Assembly (NCBI GenBank): GCA_964449245.1
Contig: CAYUXY010000002.1
Location: forward strand, 39,463 to 103,462
Reading direction: 5' to 3'
DNA: 64,000 nucleotides
Source: an uncultured Candidatus Saccharibacteria bacterium
GTDB lineage: Bacteria; Patescibacteriota; Minisyncoccia; UBA6257; GWB1-50-10
The notes below the pieces were generated by a model. That model searched no databases, was not told where the DNA came from, and saw only the letters and a list, made by a program, of their open reading frames with translations. Of this stretch, positions 12,544 through 21,476 are shown in pieces. Position 1 is the stretch's first letter. Each line of letters opens with the position of its first letter. Both the position numbers and the translations under genes were made by a program.

Positions 12544-13587
12544 ATGAGGTATGGTAAAATCGCATTTAAAAACAATATGAAAGATAAAACAAACAAAAAA
12601 GTAAAGGACTCCGTTGTTCAAATAGACGGTGAAATTTCAGCCGAAGATCTCGAAAAACATCGAAAAAAGATATTTGACAGACTGAAGAAAGACATTGAAA
12701 CTCCGGGATTCAGAAAAGGTAATACGCCGGATAATATTGCCAAAAACTATATCGATGAAAAAAGACTTCTTGAAGATGCGGCTTATTCAGCGCTGGAAGA
12801 GCACTATCCAATACTTTTAGAGGAATACGACATAGACCCAATCACACCACCTCACGTAGATATCAAAAAACTTTCTTTTGGAAACCCGATCTCCTTTTCT
12901 TTGTCTGTCGGAATTAAGCCGGAATTCGTTTTACCTGATTACAAAAAAATAGCGGGCAAGACCTCAGTTAAAATTGGAACGGTATCAGATGAAGAAATCG
13001 AGACTGTTATCAAGCAAATATTAGAGATGAAAAAAACCGGAGAAAATACGGATGAATTGACTGATGAATATGTAAAAAAACTCGGCAATTTTGAAACTGT
13101 CGATGAATTCAGAAAAAAAATAGGAGAAAACCTTAAAGAAGAGAAAAAAATGGAATCTGTAAGAGAAAAACGAGAGAAAATAGCCGAGTTACTTGTAAAG
13201 GAAACGAAAATGACGCTACCGGCAATGCTTACGGAAGATGAACTCGCAAGAACAATGCACCATTGGGAAGAGCGCTTAGAAGAAGCCGGACTTTCAAAAA
13301 AGGATTATCTTGAAAAAATCAAAAAAGATGAAAAAGATTTCTTAGAAGAACAAAAAATAAACATCGAGAAACAATACAAAACAAAGTTTATATTGGAAAA
13401 AATAGCCGAAAAAGAGAATATTGCTCCGACAAAAGAAGAAATTGAAAAAGAATTATCGGGTATGCTGTCATATCACAACAATCTCGACCCGGAAAGCGCC
13501 GGCAAATATGTTTTTGAATCTCTGAGAAACGAAAAAGTCATTGAATTTCTTGAACGGGCCGGCGATGATCAAAAATCAGAAAAGTAA
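12544..13587 (+). CDS. tig: trigger factor lacking the PPIase domain
   Basis: GFRKGNTP ribosome-binding signature loop in the N-terminal domain, followed directly by the C-terminal chaperone arms. 347 aa versus ~430 aa canonical. Confidence 0.75.
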   Translation: MRYGKIAFKNNMKDKTNKKVKDSVVQIDGEISAEDLEKHRKKIFDRLKKDIETPGFRKGNTPDNIAKNYIDEKRLLEDAAYSALEEHYPILLEEYDIDPITPPHVDIKKLSFGNPISFSLSVGIKPEFVLPDYKKIAGKTSVKIGTVSDEEIETVIKQILEMKKTGENTDELTDEYVKKLGNFETVDEFRKKIGENLKEEKKMESVREKREKIAELLVKETKMTLPAMLTEDELARTMHHWEERLEEAGLSKKDYLEKIKKDEKDFLEEQKINIEKQYKTKFILEKIAEKENIAPTKEEIEKELSGMLSYHNNLDPESAGKYVFESLRNEKVIEFLERAGDDQKSEK

Positions 13588-13649
13588 TCCACAAGAAAAT
13601 CTTGCCGTTCCTAATAGAAGTGATATTATAAATGAAGAATCCCACAGGA

Positions 13650-13686
13650 AAATCCCGCCACTCTGTAGAGTGGCGGGATTTTTATA
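13650..13686. terminator. bidirectional rho-independent terminator between convergent tig and pgk
   Basis: Hairpin aatcccgccactc-tgta-gagtggcgggatt flanked by an A-run and a T-run. Confidence 0.6.
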
Positions 13687-13695
13687 ATCCTAAAA

Positions 13696-14829
13696 TTATT
13701 TCAGTGATTCAATACCTGGCAATTTTTTAGCGCTTAAAAATTTGAGCATTGCTCCGCCTCCTGTTGAAACGAAAATGTTTTTCCCTAATTTAATTGGCTT
13801 AATTAAATTCATCGACTCAACCGTCTCTCCCCCGCCAACAATTATGTTGGCGGTTTTATTGTCCGCTATTGCCTTCCAAATCATTTTAGTTCCATAAGAA
13901 AATTCTTCTCTTTGAAATAAACCTACCGGGCCACTCCATATAACGGTTTTCGCGTGTTTGACGTATGAACAATATTTCAATACCGTATTCAATCCTATAT
14001 CAAGAATCCGATCATTCTCGGTTTTTAGATCTTCCGGTAAAATTATTTTTGATAAATCAGAATATTTTTTTGAAAAAGCGAGCATTTTTTCTTCGTAAAG
14101 AGACTGCCCTATCGGAAATCCTTTAGCCGCAAAAAATGTATTTGCCACGCCCCCGCCAAATAAAAATTTATCCGCCTTATTCCATAAGTTTTGAATACAT
14201 CCGATTTTATCAGAAACTTTTGCTCCGCCTATAATAACAACGAAAGGATGATCCTCTGAACTGACTGCCAAGTTAAGGCGCGATATTTCGTTCTGGAGTG
14301 ACAACCCACAAAAAGACGGGATGTATTTGGTAATAGCAACCACCGATGCGTGCTTCCGGTGACAGACAGCAAACGCGTCGTTTATATAATAGTCTCCGAA
14401 TGAGGCGAGTGTTTTGGCAAACTGCGCTGAATTATTTTCTTCTCCATTAAAAAATCTAAGGTTCTCGAAAAGAAAAATCCGCTCCGGACCATTTTTAATG
14501 AAAGAATAGTGATCCCGTCCAAAAAAGAAGCTGTGTGGTAAAAATTTAACATCGCGATTTATCTTTTTTGATAAAATACCGGCTAACGGACGCAATGTTT
14601 CTTTTTTTGCAAGCTCGGTAAGATGCCCCTCATTATCCATGGGCTCCGGTCTGCCACGATGGCTTAAAAGTACGACAATACCTTTGTTTTTCAATATAAA
14701 ATCCATCGTTGGCAGAATTGAATCGATGCGATACGAATTATGGTCAGAAAAACTGATATTTAAATCAACGCGTACGATAAAAACTTTATCTTTTATTTTA
14801 TTTTTTGGTATATCAAGAAGATATTGCAT
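13696..14829 (-). CDS. pgk: phosphoglycerate kinase
   Basis: 377 aa with typical PGK N- and C-domain motifs. Confidence 0.9.
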   Translation of the reverse strand: MQYLLDIPKNKIKDKVFIVRVDLNISFSDHNSYRIDSILPTMDFILKNKGIVVLLSHRGRPEPMDNEGHLTELAKKETLRPLAGILSKKINRDVKFLPHSFFFGRDHYSFIKNGPERIFLFENLRFFNGEENNSAQFAKTLASFGDYYINDAFAVCHRKHASVVAITKYIPSFCGLSLQNEISRLNLAVSSEDHPFVVIIGGAKVSDKIGCIQNLWNKADKFLFGGGVANTFFAAKGFPIGQSLYEEKMLAFSKKYSDLSKIILPEDLKTENDRILDIGLNTVLKYCSYVKHAKTVIWSGPVGLFQREEFSYGTKMIWKAIADNKTANIIVGGGETVESMNLIKPIKLGKNIFVSTGGGAMLKFLSAKKLPGIESLK

Positions 14830-14836
14830 AAAATTA

Positions 14837-15850
14837 TCATTTTAAAATTGAAGCGGCAAAATCAGGATCAATCACATTCACTTCCATTCCCGTACTATAT
14901 TCAAAACCACCCGGAAGATTCCAATGCGGACGGATTTCTATATGCCAATGTAAATATTTACAGTCCGCTTCGTCGATAGGGGCCGTATGAATAAAGAAGT
15001 TATAATCCGGATCATTTAGCCGTTTTCTTACCTTATAAAGAATTATCTGAAGAGCCTGCGCAATTTCACACAAATTTTCGGAAGATGAATCACATATCGC
15101 CGATGCGTGTTGTTTTGAAAAAATTTTAATTTCAAATTCATATCTCGAAAAAAACGGAGTAATTGCAATAACAGCATCGTTTTCATAAATAACACGCTTT
15201 CCTAATTTCATTTCCTCATTAAGCATCTCGCAATACACGCATTTTTTATGACGACGGAAATATCTCTCTGCTCCATCAACATTTCTTCGTATGTCGGGCG
15301 GAACAACCGGTATTGCAAGAATCTGATAATGTGGATGAAACACACTCGCTCCGGACATTGCGCCCCAGTTATGAAATATCGATACATATTTTATTTCCGG
15401 AGATTTTTGAAACATCTGAATTCGATTTTTAAACATCTGCAAAATCTGCGTGGCTATTTCAATGTCAGACGTTTCAAAATTTTTATTGTGATTTCTGGTT
15501 ATTAAAAGCTCATGTTTGCCTATTCCGGGCAAATGTTCAAAAAATGCATCTTTATCCAAAAAACGTATTATTCCGCCCTCTCTTACGGCTGGATATTTAT
15601 TTTCAAGAATTACAATCTGCCAATTTTTCTTATCCGCTTCAACGGGATATTGCATCACTAAATCATTATCTACGCTTTTAAAAGGATCTTCGAAAATGCA
15701 TTTCGACTTAGGGGCAATCTTACGTAAATTTCTTTTTTTTGTGAGATCGCTGAATCTTTTTTCAGAGCGACTGGGAACTATTAGAACCCACTCTCCTGAA
15801 ACAATATCTCTGCGAAATTCTGAATGCATATTTTTCAAAGATTTGCGCAT
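14837..15850 (-). CDS. galactose-1-phosphate uridylyltransferase family protein (HIT-like, HPHxQ motif)
   Basis: 337 aa, HPHYQ active-site motif and CxxC zinc site (CVYCEM). Confidence 0.7.
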   Translation of the reverse strand: MRKSLKNMHSEFRRDIVSGEWVLIVPSRSEKRFSDLTKKRNLRKIAPKSKCIFEDPFKSVDNDLVMQYPVEADKKNWQIVILENKYPAVREGGIIRFLDKDAFFEHLPGIGKHELLITRNHNKNFETSDIEIATQILQMFKNRIQMFQKSPEIKYVSIFHNWGAMSGASVFHPHYQILAIPVVPPDIRRNVDGAERYFRRHKKCVYCEMLNEEMKLGKRVIYENDAVIAITPFFSRYEFEIKIFSKQHASAICDSSSENLCEIAQALQIILYKVRKRLNDPDYNFFIHTAPIDEADCKYLHWHIEIRPHWNLPGGFEYSTGMEVNVIDPDFAASILK

Positions 15851-15855
15851 AAATA

Positions 15856-16587
15856 TTATTCCGGTAAATTATATTCCTTTTTCATTATCCACCAGCGAAT
15901 CTTCAAAACCTCATAGAATGTAAAAAAATAATCGCCGAAAAGCACTCTGGAATCAAAATCATTCGCCCACGATACGGGAATTTCTTTTATACGGTATCCT
16001 AACTTTTGCGCCAACATTAAAGCCTCTATATCGATTCCCCATCTGTTTATTCGTCCGCGGGAAAAAATTTTTTCGGCCGATTCTTCCGAAAAACATTTGA
16101 ATCCGCACTGAGTATCTTTGATACCGGGAACAGCGAGTAATTGTATAAAAGGATTACTCATCTTTCCAAGACATTTTTTTAAAAAATGTTGCGGGGGCGT
16201 GAGTTTTGCTCCTTTTATTGCCCTCGAGCCGATAACGATATCATATCCATCTTTTAAAAATGAAATCATTTTTTCAACTTGCTCAACCGTAGTTGAATTA
16301 TCTGAATCCATAAACAAACGATAATTTCCCTTTGCAGCAAGCATGCCTTCACGCACAACATAGCCCTTGCCCCTATTTTCTTTATTATCAATGAAACGAA
16401 GGTTTTTTATGATAGATTGAAAATTTTTAACAATATTTGCCGTGTTATCATGCGATCCGTCATTAACCACAAGAATTTCCGAAGAATATTCCGCCCGCGA
16501 CAATTTACTGTCTATATCAATAAGCGTCGGGGGCAACCTTTCGGCTTCGTTATAAACTGGTATGACTACTGATAAAAATGGTTTCAT
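15856..16587 (-). CDS. family 2 glycosyltransferase (polyprenyl-phosphate sugar transferase-like)
   Basis: VVIPVYNEAERL N-terminus, DxD-like DSD motif, 243 aa. Confidence 0.85.
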   Translation of the reverse strand: MKPFLSVVIPVYNEAERLPPTLIDIDSKLSRAEYSSEILVVNDGSHDNTANIVKNFQSIIKNLRFIDNKENRGKGYVVREGMLAAKGNYRLFMDSDNSTTVEQVEKMISFLKDGYDIVIGSRAIKGAKLTPPQHFLKKCLGKMSNPFIQLLAVPGIKDTQCGFKCFSEESAEKIFSRGRINRWGIDIEALMLAQKLGYRIKEIPVSWANDFDSRVLFGDYFFTFYEVLKIRWWIMKKEYNLPE

Positions 16588-16621
16588 ATTGTTGATATAA
16601 ATATATGAGTGTTCGTGTCAT

Positions 16622-17266
16622 TTAATTGCCGTCGGTATTATTTGCATAATTTGGGTCATTACTATTGCTCTTCTTAAATACTACATTTTTGTAAGTCAAA
16701 AAATTCCAAAGGAAAGAAACGGCGACTGCAATAAGTGCACCTATATTCGCCCAGAGCTTTTCGTTGATTCCGTTCGGAGCGCTTATACCATTTACAATAG
16801 AAGCGGCAACCGAAATATTTATTAATGTGCCAACCAATGTAAATCCGGCAAAGCGAACATATTCTCCCGCAGAAACTGGGGCCTTACTTTGAAATGTCCA
16901 GAGCTTGTTCCATAAATAGCTATTTGTTGTGCCCGCCAAGAACGAAACGGCCTTAAATAACACGAAACCGACGCCGGACGATATGCCAACAATGAAAATC
17001 AACAAATTTAGCACTCCGAGATCAAGCAAGGTATTCAAAGTACCGACTGCTGCAAATTTTCCAAATTTTTCAAAAACGGGAATCCATCTGGAAAGAAGTT
17101 TTAAAATAAACAAAGCAAATATTGCAAAAACAGAAAGCCCGATAACAAGGACTACAGCAAACAGCCACCCGAATTCAATTCCTATATTTTTCAGAGGAAT
17201 GAGAGCAAGCACACCGACAAATATCCCGATTATCCAAACCAAAAAATAATCTTTTTTTGTATTCAT
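16622..17266 (-). CDS. GtrA-family membrane protein
   Basis: FAAVGTLNTLLDLGVLNLL GtrA-like core, 4-6 TM helices. Adjacent to the GT2 gene. Confidence 0.7.
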   Translation of the reverse strand: MNTKKDYFLVWIIGIFVGVLALIPLKNIGIEFGWLFAVVLVIGLSVFAIFALFILKLLSRWIPVFEKFGKFAAVGTLNTLLDLGVLNLLIFIVGISSGVGFVLFKAVSFLAGTTNSYLWNKLWTFQSKAPVSAGEYVRFAGFTLVGTLINISVAASIVNGISAPNGINEKLWANIGALIAVAVSFLWNFLTYKNVVFKKSNSNDPNYANNTDGN

Positions 17267-17284
17267 TGATATTTAATAAAACGA

Positions 17285-19651
17285 TTAAAGACCCTTTATG
17301 CGAGCATAAATTTCCTGTTCAACCACTTCTCTCGGACGCCCATAAACATTCCGCGATAATTCTCGGAGTGCGGATATATCTGACATAGCACCACCCCTTT
17401 TGGGCAAAGGAACAGTCATATTAAACGGAGACGAAACTTGATTATTCATCAAAAGCTTTGCGTGAGCATTTAAATTATCGATATTAATTAAATTGCTTTT
17501 TTGAAAAACGGGATCAAATTGCTTTTCGAGATATTCCGCATCGTCTGCCCCAATTCTAAACACCACCATAGATCCGACGTTTCCAAACACCGCATCTCTG
17601 ATTTTATCCGGAAGCTGAGATATAAATTGATGCGCTATTATAAGACAAAGGCGGTATTTTCTCGCTTCGGATAAAATTGTTGCTATACCCGGAGTTGTGA
17701 AATTTTGAAACTCGTCCGCATACAAATAAAAATCTCTTCTTTTCTCAATTGGAACATCCGCGCGTGAAAATGCGGCCATAGTAAGTTTTTCTATTAAAAT
17801 CATTCCCAACAATCCTGCGTTCAATTCGCCTATTTTACCTTTTGAAAGATTGACCAAAAGTATCTTTCCGGAATCTATTATTTCACGGAATTTCAACGTA
17901 CTTTTCGATTGGGCTATTATCGGACGCACATAATCATTGGCAATGAAAGTGTTAAATTTACTGGTTATGTATGGGACAAGATTTGCGAGAGACGCCTCAC
18001 CTCCTGCTTTTTCCGCTTCTTTTTCCCAAAAATCTTTTGCTATTACATTACGGCAAGAACTTAGTAATCGCTTTCTAAAATCTGCGTCCGACAAAACCCT
18101 TGGAATTTCAAGTATTGTAAATCCATTAGACGGATCATCCATGAGAAGCAAAAGCGCGTTCCTTGTATATTGTTCAAACATCGGACCGCCGGTGGTTTTT
18201 AAATCATACAATGTGTCAAAAATACCCAAAAGTTCATTGATAATAAAAGTTTTTTGTTCCGGAAAATTAGGATCATACTCCAAAACATTAAGTCCAAACG
18301 GACGGTTGATATCGGACGGATCAAAAACTATAACATCACGACTGCGATTTTTAGGTACGCGAGCAAGAACGTCTTCAAACAAATCTCCGTTCGGATCAAT
18401 CACGCAAAGCCCCTCGCCATTCTCCATATCCTGAACGGAAAGATTATCCAAAAATACGGATTTACCGGTGCCAGTCTGACCAATTACATATATATGCCTT
18501 CTTCTATCCTCACGCGTCATTCTTATATCCTTCATCGAACCACGAAATGTACTTTCTCCCAATTTCAATCCTGATTTCGGAAGAATTGCAGGAGGAGCAA
18601 CTTCTTTATATCTTGATTCCTTTACCTTCGGAATATTTAGAAAAGGGGTTGGAAAGTGAAAAACGCTCGCGAGCTCTTCCGTATTCAACACATTGCTCGT
18701 ATCATCGTCATACATTCTGAATGAAAATCTATGCACGAATTCCTTGACTGAACGCGGTTTCACGATTTTAAATTCATTAAATTCGTTGGAACCGAGCTGA
18801 GAAAATCCTGCGGCTATTCCATCAACAATCGAATCGGCCGTTTCTTGACTCGGAGCCGAAGATACAATGCGAATATTTACACGGAATAACGGCTTGGATA
18901 TTTTTGATCGCAACGCCTCAATACCGCTATCATCTACTGTATTTTCTTTCTGATTTTCTTTATGATCCACACCATCTTTTTTTGTGCCCTTTGTCAAAGT
19001 ATCGCTTATGTCTGCGAGAGAAAGTGTCGATTCGGAAATAGAATTCAGAGTTCCTCCTTTTTTCAGGGTATGTATAGCAGACAAAACTCGCTTTTTATCT
19101 TTTTTCTTCGCTGGAGAAATAATAAACTGCATAGCTCCCCCTTCTCCCATTTCATTAATTTTGGACAATCCCCCAAGTATCGGCGAAAATGTGTCGCTTT
19201 GCAGAGTCTTGTAAGTTCTGACCGGAAACATAAATTTATTTTTCTGCAATATGTTAGCGGCTGAAACCGCTCCGGCATAATTAAAAATATTGTAATCTTC
19301 AACCAAATCAACTCTTGCGTCGGCCCAGATAGATTGTATATGACGCGATAACGCTGGGATTTTTTTCTCTGGAGACGCTATATAAAAATGAATTTCTTCT
19401 CCTATATAAGGAACAGCAACTTCAAAAATAATCGGCTCCTTCAAACCGAGAAGACCGCTAAAAAATTGCTCGGAAAGATTTATTTCCGTTTCGAAGTTTT
19501 TCCCTTCAGAAGAATCTTTTGGAAAGCGTACAAGCAATAATTTTAGCTTAAGAAGCTCTTTTATTTTCCTTCTGTTTGCAAAGCGTGCGAAAATAATAGC
19601 TAAAACAGCTATCAGAAATGCCACTCCGAAAAAAAAGGCTACCGGCATCAT
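17285..19651 (-). CDS. membrane-anchored HerA/VirB4-class P-loop ATPase (AAA_10/DUF87-like)
   Basis: 788 aa. N-terminal TM helix, Walker A GQTGTGKS near aa 395, Walker B-like YLYADEFQNF about 250 aa later. Size and motif spacing resemble VirB4/TrbE/HerA. Confidence 0.55.
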   Translation of the reverse strand: MMPVAFFFGVAFLIAVLAIIFARFANRRKIKELLKLKLLLVRFPKDSSEGKNFETEINLSEQFFSGLLGLKEPIIFEVAVPYIGEEIHFYIASPEKKIPALSRHIQSIWADARVDLVEDYNIFNYAGAVSAANILQKNKFMFPVRTYKTLQSDTFSPILGGLSKINEMGEGGAMQFIISPAKKKDKKRVLSAIHTLKKGGTLNSISESTLSLADISDTLTKGTKKDGVDHKENQKENTVDDSGIEALRSKISKPLFRVNIRIVSSAPSQETADSIVDGIAAGFSQLGSNEFNEFKIVKPRSVKEFVHRFSFRMYDDDTSNVLNTEELASVFHFPTPFLNIPKVKESRYKEVAPPAILPKSGLKLGESTFRGSMKDIRMTREDRRRHIYVIGQTGTGKSVFLDNLSVQDMENGEGLCVIDPNGDLFEDVLARVPKNRSRDVIVFDPSDINRPFGLNVLEYDPNFPEQKTFIINELLGIFDTLYDLKTTGGPMFEQYTRNALLLLMDDPSNGFTILEIPRVLSDADFRKRLLSSCRNVIAKDFWEKEAEKAGGEASLANLVPYITSKFNTFIANDYVRPIIAQSKSTLKFREIIDSGKILLVNLSKGKIGELNAGLLGMILIEKLTMAAFSRADVPIEKRRDFYLYADEFQNFTTPGIATILSEARKYRLCLIIAHQFISQLPDKIRDAVFGNVGSMVVFRIGADDAEYLEKQFDPVFQKSNLINIDNLNAHAKLLMNNQVSSPFNMTVPLPKRGGAMSDISALRELSRNVYGRPREVVEQEIYARIKGL

Positions 19652-19652
19652 A

Positions 19653-20060
19653 TTATTTTAAAATTCCCCTCTTTTTGAGTTCGGGAATCATTTTATCAAC
19701 CAAAGCGTCATGAAACGCATCTGCAATGAATGGCGGATGTTTTTGTGAAGCGTTTATAGCTTTTTCCAATCCTTCGCTAAGCGCTATATCGATAAGAGAT
19801 TCGACTGTTTTTTTAATCTCGTCCTGACTTACATCTTCCGTCAAATAGGCGGGGAGGCGTGTCGACGATTGTGGAACCGGAGCCGACTGTTGCCCTGCGT
19901 TAATAACAGGAATTTTTTCGGCTAAAGAACGGATGGCGTTCTTTACAGCCTCTCTCTCCGCAATATTGCGACCATTTGCATTTTCAATGGAAGATTGAAC
20001 ATGATGTCCCACATCTTCAATCTCGCGTTCAAAATTTTGGCTGAAATCAACTGTTTTCAT
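19653..20060 (-). CDS. hypothetical protein
   Basis: 135-aa ORF immediately downstream of the ATPase. No recognisable motifs. Confidence 0.45.
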   Translation of the reverse strand: MKTVDFSQNFEREIEDVGHHVQSSIENANGRNIAEREAVKNAIRSLAEKIPVINAGQQSAPVPQSSTRLPAYLTEDVSQDEIKKTVESLIDIALSEGLEKAINASQKHPPFIADAFHDALVDKMIPELKKRGILK

Positions 20061-20110
20061 AATTTCTTCATTTGATTATAAATCAAAAAAAGAATAACTC
20101 CAAAACCTTT

Positions 20111-21439
20111 TTAAAATCCGTGGATTTTAAACGACCCTGTCGTAATATCGACGTTTGTAGAAGTCGAGAAAGTTGTTCCGGGACGCGTGTATACTCCATT
20201 GTCGCCACTTCCTCCAGACCAGTCGGTTTGTTGGAAAACATCGTTTTTCCATCTCGTTACATAATCAGTAAGAGTGAGATCGGTTATTGATCCGCTTGCA
20301 TTCCACTCAACAGAAGACGTGATTCTTTGCGTAGACGGGTCCTCTAAGGATCCATCCGCGCATGGCGTAACTCCGCTTATAGTGCTTGATGCATCATTTG
20401 TTCGACACACATCGTGCACGACAAAATATCCGGAAAATACCGAACTTTCATATATTTGCTTTATTTCGCTCCCTGAAAGAGCCCGACTATAAACCCGGAA
20501 GTCATCTACAAATCCGTTCATATACGACCATGCGAGACCTATCCGCATAGTTAAGTTATCCAATAAGTGTTCTGTCCACCAAGATCCGGAATTTGTGCCT
20601 GTGGTTATTTGTTCTACGCCGTTAATGTAGAGCCTTATGGAAACTCCGTCTTGCACCCAAGCAACGTGATACCATGTGTTTAAAAATTCACCCAAATTAT
20701 CGAGGTCATATTGAATATTAACCTTTACCACATCATCATCTTCAATTACTAAATCCATAACATTATTAGCATTCACATAACTCCGGATATAATCCGTCGT
20801 GCTCCCCTCATATAAATGGAAAATGCCCTGCGTTATATTTTTCTGGCTGAATTTAACCCAATAAGAAAATGACCCTTCCGCGTATTTGAAATTTGTCTGA
20901 GCAAAATCTACGCGATTGGCTCCATCTAAAGATATACAATATCCGGATTTACATGTTGATGTGGCTCTTGATGATTCGGAAGTTAATACGCCATTTTTAT
21001 TGCTACCCATCATGTCATACGCAATTGTTCCTGATTTTTCATCGAATCCCCACCTTCCAACCAATCCATCTGAAACATTGTTGCTTGTCAATCCTTCTTT
21101 GCCTTCAATTATTATAAATTCGGTGCCGGATGCATTTAAAAAATATACAGAATTATTGCCTTTTGTAAGTCCGTAAATATTTTCCCAATCCGCGCCAGCA
21201 TAAGATCTCACCTTATCAAGAGACGCTTGAACCATACCGGAGGCAGACTGTAGATTGTCGTTTGTTGAGGTTGAACGAAGCATAAACGCCACACCCATAG
21301 CTGCGGTACCTATAAGCAACGCTCCTATTGTAAGTCCTATAAGAACTTCGATTAAGGACTGCCCAGCACGCGATCGCGTGCGGGAATTTTGAATTTTGAA
21401 TTTTGAATTTTGAATCAATTGTAAAATTAAAGAATTCAT
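20111..21439 (-). CDS. type IV pilin-like protein with LamG/concanavalin-like domain (minor pilin candidate)
   Basis: Prepilin-type motif AGQSLIEVLIGLTIGALLIG after a long leader. The C-terminal part has a LamG-like jelly-roll signature (RWGFDE ... WYHVAW ... YINGV). Confidence 0.7.
   Translation of the reverse strand: MNSLILQLIQNSKFKIQNSRTRSRAGQSLIEVLIGLTIGALLIGTAAMGVAFMLRSTSTNDNLQSASGMVQASLDKVRSYAGADWENIYGLTKGNNSVYFLNASGTEFIIIEGKEGLTSNNVSDGLVGRWGFDEKSGTIAYDMMGSNKNGVLTSESSRATSTCKSGYCISLDGANRVDFAQTNFKYAEGSFSYWVKFSQKNITQGIFHLYEGSTTDYIRSYVNANNVMDLVIEDDDVVKVNIQYDLDNLGEFLNTWYHVAWVQDGVSIRLYINGVEQITTGTNSGSWWTEHLLDNLTMRIGLAWSYMNGFVDDFRVYSRALSGSEIKQIYESSVFSGYFVVHDVCRTNDASSTISGVTPCADGSLEDPSTQRITSSVEWNASGSITDLTLTDYVTRWKNDVFQQTDWSGGSGDNGVYTRPGTTFSTSTNVDITTGSFKIHGF
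21386..21418. repeat. heptanucleotide tandem repeat (GAATTTT)x4.7 inside the 5' coding leader of the pilin-like gene
   Basis: gaattttgaattttgaattttgaattttgaatc read directly from the sequence. The unit length is not a multiple of 3. Confidence 0.8.
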
Positions 21440-21476
21440 ATTTTATTCGAAATTCGTAAATCGACATTCAGAAATT

